64,000 bases of DNA from Mobula hypostoma. Taxonomy: Eukaryota. Below the pieces are notes generated by a model. The model worked only from the letters and a program-made list of their open reading frames with translations. It was not told where the DNA came from and did no database searches. The DNA lies in contig NC_086097.1 of the NCBI RefSeq assembly GCF_963921235.1, forward strand, positions 236,036,001 to 236,100,000, given 5' to 3'. Position 1 is the first letter of the stretch. Every line of letters begins with the position of its first letter. The position numbers were made by a program, and so were the translations under genes. Below, one piece after another: positions 13,063 through 25,339 of the stretch.

Positions 13063-13989
13063 GAGTCCATGCTGAACTCAGTGCCTGCCCAGCTGGTGCC
13101 AATTTCCTGGGTTTGACCCATATCCCTCTGAGCCAGACCTTACAATGTCCTATGCAAGTAATTTTGAAATGATTATTTTGTTCCGGCCTCAAGCACTTTT
13201 GTCTGTCAATATATATATTTTTTTAAGTGCTGGGTGATGAAATTCAAAAGGACCCAGGGGTGTCTCTGAGCATGTCACTGAAAGCCAACATGTAAGGCTA
13301 CAAATGACGTGGAAACAAATAGAAAATAGGCTTACTAAGTAAAATTTCTCATGAATTGAGATTTTTCTAGTTTTTACAATACCTACACCTAAAGGATGGA
13401 AGAACTGTAAATATCATAGAGATTTTTCTCATTTACAGTACATTACAATCTATTCAGTTTGTACAGGAAATTCCTCTTTACCCCATTTTGTGAACTACCT
13501 GCAATGGCAAGTGAAGACTATTTTCTTCCATTAAGCTTCAGAGTGTTCTGCCTATGAATATTTTATTCCTGCAGTTGGAATGCAAATTATTTAGTCTGGA
13601 GTATACCCTTTTTAAATTCACTTTTGGAGATCTTTGCATTACTGGGAAAGCAAATCCATAATTGCTATCAAGAAGGCGGTGCTGAGCTGATTTCTTGAAC
13701 TGCTGTATGGTTCTGATGAATGTACTTCCCCACTGCAGTTAGAAGGTAGTTCCAGACTCTAGACATTACAGCAATGAAAGAATGGGTCTATAAATCAAGA
13801 TGGCATGTAATCTGAAAGGAAATTTGCATGTAGTGCTGTTCCCATCTCTGTACTCTCCTTGTTGTTCTTGAATATAGATGATTGCAGAGTGTCCATAGGT
13901 ACATGGATGTGAGGGGTATGGAGGTCTATAGTCCAGGTGTGGGCTGATGGGACTAGGTAAAATAATGATTTGGCATGCACTAGATGGGC

Positions 13990-14380
13990 TGTTGGATCCA
14001 ACTGTTTAATTATCATTTTCTTTGCAGTTTAACTGTTTAATTATCTGCTAGTACTTAGATGCATTTAACAGTTCAATATGTCTCAAATGCTAAAACAAAC
14101 TATATTCTGGAAATCTCTAGAAGCTTCTTTGTTCTGTATTACTTGAATAATTGCTTTCTTAATGGTTAACTTGGCACTGCAGTATTTAAGTAAAAGCTTT
14201 CTAGTTGGTTAATTCTTATCTAGAAATTAGAACAGAATTTTTCCTTATCTCTGTGGTATAAAATAGCTAAACACAAAGCAGCACCATCTTAGTATCTTAA
14301 TCTTTTTAGCATTTTAGTCTCCTGCTATGACCTACTGCTCCTCATTCTTTTGTTCCATAAGCAGCTTAACAAAGCTATCA
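13990..14380 (+). repeat. ERV 5' LTR
   Basis: Starts TGTTGGATCC and ends TATCA. Colinear blocks are shared with 31624-32689 (ttgcagttt, aatatgtctc, gaagcttc, tggttaac, ctgcagt, ataaaatagc.aaacacaaagca, ctcctcatt). It is followed by tgatgcaatgagt, possibly a decayed tRNA-His PBS. Confidence 0.8.
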
Positions 14381-15099
14381 TGATGCAATGAGTTCTGTGC
14401 TTCTTTTCTGACTTCTAAAAAAATCCTTAGATCAAAAACACCAGGATCAAACAAGCAGAGTAGTCTGTGAAGACTTTAAAGATTTAGAACTTGGAAGAAT
14501 CGCGCAGACAAAGGGGAATTTTCAGTGCCTAAACAAAGGGATTAAGAACTTTCCTGTTCCTCTAGTTGTCTGAAGAAAAAAAGGTTCTGGTTTCTGTAAT
14601 ATATGGATCTAGTTCTTTTAGAGCAATGACCCCACCCACTTAACACTACATATTGATCTGTTGACTATGCATGTGTATTGACCTGTTGTATATGCACGCT
14701 TATTGATCTCTCTCTTACTATAATACAATGTCCTACCGAAGGGTCTCAGCCCAAAACATCAACTGTACTTTTTTCCATAAATTCTGCCTGCCCTGCTGAG
14801 TTCCTCCAGCATTTTGTGTGTGTTGCTTGGATTTCTGGCATCTGCAGATTTTCTGTTTTATGTAAATACACCAGTCAAAGCCATCTCCCGTGTGTCCGCT
14901 TTTACTTAATTGATATGTAGATTCAACAAATTGGTGACGAGTACGATCCTGGGTGTTAGAAAATATGACGAACTGCACCGACTGTTACAGGACAAAACAC
15001 ACAGGGCACGAAAAGGCCATCACAGATGCTTAAATGTATGAGTGTAGTGTAGATTAACTGTGAAAGATGCGCAGAATTTAAAGTGAAAATAATGCGGCA

Positions 15100-16067
15100 A
15101 TGGCTTCAATTGGGAATTTGATAGGCTATTGATGGATGACAGTCCTATATCGAGAGGGTGGACACGAGGAATTTTGCAGATGCTGGAAATTCAAGCAACA
15201 CACATCAAAGTTGCTGGTGAACACAGCAGGCCAGGCAGCATCTCTAGGAAGAGGTACAGTAGACGTTTCAGGCCGAGACCCTTCGTCCTGAAATGTCGAC
15301 CATAGCTTAATGGGTGCAAGGATGCATAGTCTCTTACCCAACCTAGCAACCCCTGAAAAGCCAGCAAGCATGACGTTTGATGAAATTGTTGCAATTTTAC
15401 ACATTCACTTAGCCCTAAACCACTGGTAATAGCTGAGAGATTTAGATTTTACAAAACGAGCCAGTCAAAAGATGAAAGCCTTTCTGGATACATTGCAGAA
15501 CTGCACAAACATTCCCAATACTGTGACTTTAGAGTAAGACTTTCTGAGGCATTAAAGGGCAGGCTTGTATGTGACATGCATAGTCAAAGCACTCAAAAAG
15601 AGCTACTATCAGTAAGAGACCTAACCTAAGAATGGGCATTGACCATGCAATATTGTTAAAAATTGCAGCAAAGGATTCAGCAGAATTACAGAAAAGGTGG
15701 TTAGAATTTGAAATGCACAAAATGTGCCTGAGTGGTGCAAAAAGCCTAAAATGTTATTGATGTGGCAAATCCTCCCATGATACAAATGACTTTTGGTTCA
15801 AGGAAAAATTGTGTGGAAAGTGTCACAGACAAGGTTACATAGAGAGAGTGTGCAAGTCGGACAAAAAGCATAATCAAAAGAAAAGTTACAAGCACAAAAC
15901 TAAGCAAATGCATAAAGTTACCAAATGTGAAACAGAATCAGACAACATAGAATCTGACGAAAGTGAGCTGTCATGCCGAGAACTGCATAGTATTACTGAA
16001 ACAGATCACAAAGTCATCTGGAGCTCAATAGATGGGTGTCTGGTGTAAAACTGGAAGTGAGTTTGGA
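15100..16067 (+). pseudogene. Gypsy gag and start of protease
   Basis: MASIG start, PEKPASMTFDEIV, PKPLVIAERFRFYK, zinc-knuckle relics at about 15750-15855, and the KLEVSLD protease-site region at about 16045-16068. Stops, frameshifts and a Penelope insert at about 15160-15300. Confidence 0.8.
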
Positions 16068-18376
16068 TATAGCGAGTGACAGCCTTTACTAACCACCAAA
16101 TTTGGTCATAAATGACGATAAGCCAATCTCCACAATTAATGACACCAGCAGATATATCTGTCATAGTCCCGTCAGAACCACTCTGGGGTTCCTGCTCCAT
16201 TTCCTCCATCAGCATTGCCAAAGGCCCTCTGTTCTTTCCCATTGTGGTAGGGCCATCATTCTCCTCAGCCTGTACCCTGGCATGTGTATTTTCAGTCAAC
16301 TGAAGTGTTGTTGGGCTGAAACACTGGCACATCTGTGGCTCACTGCAGAAACATGACAATGATCTTCAATGTCTGCTGTTTCCATAAGGTATGACCTGAT
16401 GGATTTTCCTCGTTGCTGGTACAGGTTTTAGTGGTTGAGAAAGGAGTGCATCATATGTCTGCATCTCACCTTCAGCAATATGATAGAGCTGAGTACTGCA
16501 AAGGCTTCTCCCAACCATCTCATCTTGCCATCCACAATGTCATTCCCCCGTAGTACAAGGCTGTATGCAGTCCTTTTCACAGTTCCCCCAATGCCATCTA
16601 GTGTGAAGTGGTGAAGAAGTTCCAGGTTGTTCTCTGGAAACCCAGTGTTGGAGGGATATTGCAGAGGAGAGAGAAGTTCTTCCTGGTTTTGTACTGCTTG
16701 CTGGGGCCATCTGAACAAAATTGAATGGTATCAACTTTTGGAAATTTTAAATGAATACCTCTGAGGACTGGTTCCATGTGAATCCAAATGGCAGAAGCAT
16801 CCCATCACTTGGATTCTGATATTGTACAAAATCCTGCTTTCTCTTCTTTTGTATAGTACGTGCCAGTGTGCAGATTAAGCTCTGGGAGGTTCTGACCAAA
16901 ATGGTATGACTGTACCTCAGAACTATATTTGCATTTCCATGCCTTAGAAAAATCCACATGCACAATTACAGTGCTTCTGTTGCAGCTCTGTATCATGCTT
17001 CTGTATTCCCTGGACTGGTTCTGAACCAATCACACATGTGTTGTTGTTTCACTCTTTAGTTTGTCTTCAGTTTGATGAGCTCTGCCAGTCTGCCACAAGT
17101 CTTGTATTGTAGTGAATTCCATCTGCTGTTTGGTCCTGAACTTGTTCCCAATGCTGCCACTCAACATCGGTCAAATCTTGCTGTGGGGTGGGAAGTGTGT
17201 GCGCTTGTGGAGACACCGGATGCAGGAGCGCAGAAGACATGCCTCGCTTGTCTAAGAACAACACACAAGTTCAAAACTATCCTCCAATTTGCTAGACTTG
17301 ACAATGCCATATGCTCTTAGGACCTCAAACATCAACTTTGCATTTTCATGGTATTGGCATTGACATGTCTTTCGATCTGATGGTTTTGGTGCTGTGCCAC
17401 AGAAGCACCAAAGCACAGATGTAAAGCACAGAAGGATGAATAACTGAGTTTTACAGTTGGTTCCTTTTTGATGAACTCCTGTGGGGGTTGAATATTGTGT
17501 CAATCAGAATCATTCTCTGATGCTTTATTTTCTTCTGTGTAATCATATCCTGTTTGTCAGTCATCATTCATGCAGCATTATGGTAGAAATCCTGAGCCAT
17601 CTGGGTTATTGTTTGAATGTAAGTGGGTTTTTTGTCAGTAGTCTTTCTCTTTCGCAGCGTGTTGTATGTCAGGCCGAGCTGCTTTGTCTGGTGTATTAGG
17701 CGATATTTCTTTAGAACCTTGCCTGACAGAGTCAGGTTCTTTGATGTTTGAGCAGACCTGTAAATTATTTTTGTTTTGATTAATTTCTTGAATGAGACAG
17801 TTGTGGAAGAGCTGGGTTTTCTTGATGGAGGGGTTTTTTGAGTTTGCTTCCCTGTAGCATTTGCTCTGTTTTTTTTCTTGGTGACTCTTGTGTTTTTTTA
17901 CTTCTAGTTTGCTCTCGTTGCCAACGCTTTTTCAGTTTGTTCCTATTTTTTATTATCTCTTGAAGTTTATTTTTCAAAGCTTTCCTCTCTCTCAAGTACC
18001 TTGATCTTGTTTTCTTTTCTTTCTTTCCCCTTCCCCTGCTACAGACTGCCTACTGCGAGCTGGCTCCTGTATAGTCTGATCCAATGGACTATCTGGTGGA
18101 GTTTCTGGGCATTCTGGGCCTTTTCTCTCTCTTACGCTCTCTTGGCCCTCGCTGTCTACATTTCCACACCTTTCTCTTACTCCTCTTTTTCCTTTCATTC
18201 AAATCACTGATAGTTTTTATCTTCTCATCCTCTACTCTCTTCTTCCATCTTTGCTTTTCCTTTCTCAAGTATTCCTCCTTTAACTCTGGCTCACTATATA
18301 TATTCTCTCTCCGCTCCTTTTGGTATTCCCTGTTTCTTCTCCTTCGCTCCTCCACTGATAGCTGCTGCCTAGCCAT
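16068..18376 (-). pseudogene. Sola2-like DDD transposase pseudogene
   Basis: Basic N-terminus MARQQLSVEERRRRNREYQK, CQCQYHEN, VHVDFSKAWKCKYSSEVQSYHFG, FCTISES, SDGPSKQYK, DGIGGTVKRTA, and C-terminal GDWLIVIYDQIWWL. Several frameshifts. Confidence 0.75.
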
Positions 18377-18472
18377 AACTTCCTAAAATACATAAAAGGA
18401 AGGTCAGAATTTATTGGAATTACTATGAAATTAATTATGTTTAATTTGGTGAAATTTTATAAAAATGATTAT

Positions 18473-19044
18473 TGTTGTTGCATGGATGTAATCACTGGAG
18501 AGACAGAGTCACTGGTAGATACAAAGCAGCTTCTTTATTCGACACAACAAGGTATAGCAGGCATCATACAGACGGAAACGCTTTTGGGAGAAAGGTCTGC
18601 TAGCCCAATGTGGGCTCGATATTTATATGCTAAACACAAAGACAATCGCTACTTAAAAAGTTATAGATAATGCATAGACAATGCTTCCTTTTGAAGCTAC
18701 CTACAAAATATCACACCTTCCAACCTCATCCTTTCCTTCCTCTGCCAACATGTCTGTGTTGGTATCCACCGCCTTTAGGAATGCAAGTTAAATCCACAAT
18801 ACATTTATTTGGCATTTTACGTGCTAACATAGAAGACAATTAATATTTATAATGTATAGATAATACTGTCTTCAAAACTACAGCATCTGGTCAAACTACG
18901 ACGCCAGAAGCATCTGGTATTCACAACTTTTTAGGAAGCTCATTGTTGTGGACTCAACCCACAGTACTTTGTCAAATAGAAGTCTGGTGGCCAAAGTCAT
19001 TTAAGTGTAAACGAATCATCTACGCAAAAAAGCTCACTCTAACA
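18473..19044 (-). mobile_element. Solo LTR, family B (572 bp), inserted in the Sola-like element
   Basis: Reverse-complement homolog of 12530-13062 with TG...CA ends and perfect 5-bp TSD ATTAT (18468-18472, 19045-19049). Confidence 0.92.
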
Positions 19045-20160
19045 ATTATGAAATTGTGCAACTAAATTCATTTGTGATTTTAGTCATTGGGGATACAAAG
19101 AGTAAGGAAATATTGTAGGCCTGTATGCGGAAGAAATAAAGGGGAAATTATGTATATTATAAATAAAGAGGTTAATGAAACATTACAAGCCATATTACTA
19201 TTTATTGTGATCATAAATTATATTCAAGCCTCCATTGAGGATGATTTGGATGTTTTGCCAACACTGTCAAACCATGTGTCACCACTGTCAGAAAGAAAAC
19301 CTGAGGGAGTTGATGTCTGAGGGTGGTGACAAAAACACACTTTTTAACATGGCATGCATGAGTTGTATACAGGAGCCACCTTGTTTTCCCTCTGTTGCTA
19401 GCTGCCTCTGGCCTCTACTTAAAATGCATAAATTTATGTTGTAATTTAAAATAATTATTTCTATACAAAAGAGACAGTGTTGACATGTCATGGTTGTGAC
19501 AGTGGCAACATTGTTAAATATGTAAAAATTATTGAAAAAACAGCAAACTTACAGGAGCATGTTTGACCTTGTTGCATTTAGCAGATGTGGAGGGTGGAAA
19601 GGAGTTTCTCAGGAATATAGTTGACAATGTGGTTGCCTGATTTTATTCCTTTTTTAAAATAAATATCTCACAATGTTGACAAAAACTTGGGACACATTTT
19701 GAGCAACCACAAAATAAGTGTAAATATTGTTGAAAATTCACTGCTTTTAGTTTCAAAGAGGTTTTTCACTCCACTCTTGAATCTGGCATATATATTATAC
19801 ATTATAAATGATATTTTCACACTCTTTTTTATCAAATTGAAACGATAATCTCTTGCCTGAGGACAACTGTTTTTGTGGGTATCATATGATCATATAATTT
19901 ATAAAATTAAGAACAAATATATGAAAAAATGTTGCATTTGTGCAAAAGACACTCAGATGATCAACCCTGATTATTTCAAATAAGAAAATGTTATTCACTT
20001 TCAACGAAATTAACACTTTCCTTAGTGGGACATGTTTTCACCAAAGTCTCAAGAATCAGTGAGGCTATGGCAGCCCAAATAGTAGCACTAACCAGAGACT
20101 GGCACAGCTACTTAATGCTAATCAGAAGGTGTTTGAGAAGGGGATTGGTGGGAAGGGGAT

Positions 20161-20975
20161 GTGAAGAGTAAGTGGATAAGACATGAGAGAATAGGACCAA
20201 TCAAGTGTGACAGTGCAAAAGTGTGTATGGGACCGGAGGAGATAGCAGAGGTTCTTAATGAATACTTTGCTTCAATATTCACTATGGAAAAGGATCTTAG
20301 CGATTGTAGGGATGACTTGCAGTGGAGTGAAAAGCTTGAGCATTTATATACTAAGGAAGAGGATGTGCTGGAGCTTTTGTAAAGCATCAAGTTGGATAAG
20401 TCACCGGGACCGGACAGGATGTACTCCAGGTTCTGTGGGAGGCAGGAGAGGAGATTGCTGAGCCTCTGGCGATGATCTTTGCATCATTAATGGGAATGGG
20501 AGAGGTTCCAGAGAACTGGAGGGTTGTGGATGTTGTTCCCTTATTCAAGAATGGGAATAGACATAGCCTAGGAAATTATAGAATTGTGAGCCTTACTTCA
20601 GTGGTTGGTAAGTTGATGGAGAAAATCCCGAGAGGCAGGATTTATAAACATTTGGAGAGGCATAATATGATTAGGAATAGTCAGCATGTCTTTGTGAACG
20701 GTAGGTCATGCCTTACAAGCCTGACTAAATTTTTTGAGGATGTGACTAAACACACTAATGAAGGTAGAGCCGTAGATGTAGTGTATAGGCATTTTAGCAA
20801 GGCATTTGATAAGGTACCCCATGCAAGGCTTATTGAGAAAGTAAGGAGGCATGGGATCCAAGGAGATATTGCTTTGCGGATCCAGAATTGGCTTGCCCAC
20901 AGAAAGCAAAGAGTGGTTGTAGATGGGTCATATTCTGTATGGAGGTCGGTGGTCTCAGGGATCTGTTCTGGGACC
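20161..20975 (+). mobile_element. CR1 ORF2 internal fragment (no 3' tail)
   Basis: [43 protein letters not shown]. Stops at the GVPQGS region and joins Gypsy RNase H. Confidence 0.88.
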
Positions 20976-23900
20976 CACTATGACCCATTCCTGCCCACCA
21001 GACTGGTGTGTGTTGCATGCCTTTATGATATTGGAGCTGTTTTTTCACATATAATGAAAGATAGATCTGAATGCCCAATTATGTTTGCGTCAAGATCACT
21101 GACAAGTGCAGAACGCAACTATGCATAGATTAACCAAGAGATCCTTAGCCAAGTATGGGGAACAGAGAAACAGAGAAAGCCTACAACACAATACAGGCCC
21201 TTTGGCCCACAAAGTTGTGTCGAACATGTCCCTACCTTAGAAATTACGAGACTTACCTATAGACCTTTATTTTTCTAAGCTCCATGTACCTATCCAAAAG
21301 TCTCTTAAAAGACCCCATCATATCCATCTCCACCACCATTGCCGGCAGCCCATTCCACACACTCACCACTCTCTGAGTAAAAAAACCTACCCCTGATATC
21401 TCCTCTGTACCTGCTCCCCAACACCTTAAACCTGTGTCCTGGGAAAAAGCCTTTGACTATCCACACAATCAATGCCTCTCATCATCTTATGCACCTCTAT
21501 CAGGTCACCTCTCATCCTCCATCGCTCCAAGGAGAAAAGGCCGAGTTCACCCAACCTATTCTCATAAGGCATGCTCCCCAATCCAGGCAACATCCTTGTA
21601 AATCTCCTCTGCACCCTTTCTATGGCTTCCACATCCTTCCTGTAGTGAGGTGACTAGAACTGAGCACAGTACTCCAAGTGGGGTCTGACCAGGGTCCTAT
21701 ATAGCTACACCATTACCTCTCAGCTCCTAAATTCAATTCCACGAATGATGAAGGTTAATACACCATATGCCTTCTTAACCACAGAGTCAACCTGCGCAGC
21801 TGCTTTGAGCGTCCTATGGACTCGGACCCCAAGATCTCTCTGATCCTCCACACTGCCAAGCGCCTTACCATTAGTACTATATTCTGCCATCGTATTTGAC
21901 CTACCAAAATGAACCACCTCATACTTATCTGGGTTGAACTCCATCTGCCACTTCTCAGCCCCATTTTGCATCCTATCAATGTCCCTCTGTAACTTCTGAC
22001 AGCCCTCCACACTATCCACAACACCCCCAACCTTTGTGTCATCAAAAAACTTACTAACCCATCCCTCCACTTCCTCATTCAGGTCATTTATAAAACTCAC
22101 AAAGTGTAAGGATCCCTGAACAGATCCCTGAGGCACACCACTGGTCACCAACCTCCATGCACAAAATAACCCGTCTACAACCACACTTTGGCTTCTGTGG
22201 GGAAGCAAGTTCTGAATCCACAGAGCAATGTCTCCTTGGATCCCATAGCTCCTTACTTTCTCAGTAAGCCCTGCATGGGGTACTTTATCAAATGCCTTGC
22301 TGAAATCCATATACACTACATCTACTGCTCTTCCTTCATCAATGTATTTAGTCACATTCTCAAAAAATTCAATCAGGCTTGTAAGGCACGACCTGCCCTT
22401 GACAAAGCCATGTTAACTATTCCTAATCATATTATACCTCTCCAAATGTTCATAAATCCTGCCTCTCAGGATCTTCTCCATCAACTTACCAACCACTGAA
22501 GTAAGACTCACTAGTCTATAATTTCCTGGGCTATCACTACTCCCTTTCTTGAATAAAGGAACAACATCCACAACCCTCCAATCCTTCGGAACTTCTCCCA
22601 TCCCCATTGATGATTCAAAGATCATTGCCAGTGGCTCAGCAATCTCCTCCCTCGCCTCCCATAGTAGCCTGGGGTACATCTCATCCGGTCCCGGCGACTT
22701 ATCCAACTTGACACTTTCCAAAAGCTCCAGCACATCCGCTTTCTTAATATCTACATACTCAAACTTTTCAGTCTGTTGCAAGTCAGCACTGCAATCATCA
22801 AGATCATTTTCCATAGTGAATACTGAAGTAAAGTATTCATTAAGTACCTCTGCTATTTTCTCCGGTTCCATACACACCTTCCCCTGTCACACTTGATAGG
22901 TCCCATTCTTTCACGTCTTATCCTCTTGCTCTTCACATACTTGTAGAATGCCTTGAGGTTTTCCTTAATCCTGCCTGCCAAGGCCTTCTCATGGCCCCTT
23001 CTGGCTTTCCTAATTTCCTTCTTAAGCTCCTTCTTGTTAGTCTTATAATCTTTACACAACTATCTTGATGGACAAAAGTTTATGCTAGTGACAGATCCTT
23101 GTGTTCATTTTCAGTCCCAGGAAGGGAATTTCAGTGATGACTGCTACCCAGTTACAACATTGGGCACTATTCCTAGGAGCCCACTCTAATGACATAGAGT
23201 TCAAGAGTACCAAACACTGATGGCTTGTCACGTCTTCCACTACTGGCAACTGAAGAAGAAAAGTCTTCATACTGTGACCCAGTAGAAGTGTTCCACACAG
23301 CATCGGTGGACCAGTTGCCGGTAACAAATCCCACAATACAAAGGGAAACAAGAAATGACCCAATATAGTCAAAAGTCTGTGAAATCGCCATACAAGGACG
23401 GTCAACTCATGTCTGTCTCCAAAGTTCTCAATGAGGCAAGACCAACTGTCAGTATGTCAAAGAACCCTGATATGTAAATCTCGTGCTGTGGTTCCCTCTA
23501 AACTGCACACCAGAGTGTTAGAAAATCTGCATGAAGGACTTCTGGTTACAATCACGATGAAGAGTCTCACCTGGAGCTATGTGGGGTGGCCGGGAATAGA
23601 TAAACAAATTGAGGACTTGGCAAAAAGCTGTTCGGAATGCTAAAATGTTCAAGATGTTCCTGCACATGCACTGTTACACCCATGGGAGTAACCGTCCTCA
23701 CCATAGCAAAGAGTACATATTGACTTTACTGAGCCATTCACAGACTCCATGTTTCTGATTTGCTGTGGATGCTCATTCGAAGTGGCTGGAGATTATACCA
23801 ATGAAATCAACCACCTCAGCGAAGACTGTCTTCACTCTGAGAACTTTCTTCACCAGAGATGGCTTACCAGAACAAATTCCGAGCGACAATGGACCACAAT

Positions 23901-24445
23901 ACATGTCCGAAGAATTCTAGTTGTTCATGCAGAAAAATGGCATCAGACATTTCAAGTCTACTCCTCACCACCCAGCAACGAATGGGTTAGCTGAAAGGTT
24001 TATCCAAACCTTCAAGAAGTCCACTAAAGCAATGGACAAGGAGGACATTTCTCTACAACACAAAGTGGACAACTTCCTGCTTGTGTGTTGGAACTCTGTT
24101 CATGTGATGACAGATCAAACACCTGCAATGTCATTCATGAGCAGGTACCAGAGATCTTGCATAAACCTCCTGAAAACAGATTTATGGAGGGAAATGCAGA
24201 ATAAACAGTTCAGCCAGTTGCCAGGTGAAGCAGCAAAGAGCTTTGAGATTGGACAGGAAATCCTAGTGCATGATTACCAAGATTACAATTGGACACCCAG
24301 TAGAACAGCTACAAGAGTTAGACAGCTGATCTACACAGTGGATATTGGAGATCAGACATGGAGATGTCATGTAGATCAAATACTGGATGTTCAACTGAAG
24401 AACACACCCGAGTCAACTGCATCCAACAAGATGGACACATTATAG
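20976..24445 (+). pseudogene. Gypsy pol: RNase H and integrase (interrupted by CR1 21163-23055)
   Basis: HYDP..GAVFSH..FASRSLTSAERNYA; KFMLVTD; LENLHEG..MKSLTWSYVGWPGIDKQIE..CSEC (HHCC zinc finger); SDNGPQ; HPATNGLAERF. Confidence 0.88.
21163..23055 (-). mobile_element. CR1 LINE 3' half
   Basis: Minus-strand ORFs 22853-23059, 22413-22877, 21720-22355 and 21426-21632 (SPGPD, DFSKAFD, GVPQGS, FFDDTK). Tail near 21163-21180. Confidence 0.92.
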
Positions 24446-25339
24446 TCACTGAACTGATGATGTCACTGATACACCAGAAACATGTGACACCAGAAACTGA
24501 GAATGTTGTCTTGGACAAGACAAATACCAAACCTTATGACATTCCACAGGTCCAGAGGTGCTATGCTGAAAGGAACAATGGCACCCAAGAGACTAAACCT
24601 TTAGAACTGTGAAGCTAGTTATGGACTGTTATTGTGAAAGCATGTTTATTTGGAATATGGATTTATGAAAGTGAAATTGAATGCTTTGCACATATATGGT
24701 TTAATGTTGCATTAATTTAAAGGAGAGGAAATGTAATATATGGATCCATTTCTTTTAAAGCAATGACCCCCTCCCCCAGCACTATGTATTGATCTGTTGT
24801 CTACCTATGCACTGTTGTCTATGCAAGCCCATTGATCTCTCTCTCACTGCAATGTAAGTACACCAGTTAAAGCCATCTCCCATGTGTGTGCTTTTAATGA
24901 ATATATGTGTAGGCGTGCACAGACACAACAGCTCTGAAAATCAGATAAAATCCAGATGTGAGGAACTGCCACATTGCTATTTTAAAAACAGATGTGTAAA
25001 AAATAAACACAACTTGGTCGAGGTACGTGCAAACCGATAGAGCATGAATTAAATACGCAAGTTGGTAGAGTGTCTAAAATTAAATTCATATAAGGAGTGG
25101 AGCATGGATAAAAAGATAATAATTTTTTGCAAGCCAGTAGAATGCATGAGAAAACTTAAACATATGCAAGCTAGCAGAGCATGGGGGTAAAAAGAATTAA
25201 ATTCAGGTTGCAAGACAACCAATTAAAACTTCATGCAAACCATTACTATTTTGAGATCAGGATCAATGTAATAAAAGGTACGTATGAATGAAGATCGAAT
25301 CAAAACAATGGTGAAAGTCATGAAACCAATTACAAAATT

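Larger units (their letters stand above)
16068..20042 (-). mobile_element. Sola2-like DNA transposon relic (3' end lost)
   Basis: Minus-strand transposase fragments plus an AT-rich upstream region with repeated TGTCACCACTGTCA-like motifs. Gypsy pol sequence borders both sides (LD at about 16065; LAQLLNANQKVFEKGIG at about 20100-20150). Confidence 0.7.
14595..24930 (+). mobile_element. Gypsy LTR retrotransposon (degraded, both LTRs present) nested in the ERV leader
   Basis: LTRs at 14595-14928 and 24732-24930 (tgtaatatatggatc...caaca), PBS-like tggtgacgag at 14932 and PPT aaaggagaggaaa before 24732. Gag motifs PEKPA..PKPLVIAERFRF with Cys/His knuckles, RNase H (FASRSLTSAERNYA) and integrase (HPATNGLAERFIQTFK). 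TSD is not clear. Confidence 0.92.

Noticed and set aside
14381..14398. Primer-binding site assignment for the ERV (tRNA-His-like)
   Set aside because: Only a partial match to TGGTGCCGTGACT; too decayed to call as a feature, so it is mentioned only as a possibility.
12530..19044. Inverted repeats of about 550 bp flanking a transposase, suggesting one large TIR transposon
   Set aside because: Each repeat has TG...CA ends and its own perfect 5-bp TSD (GAGTC; ATTAT), so they are two independent solo LTRs. The second lies inside the Sola-like element.
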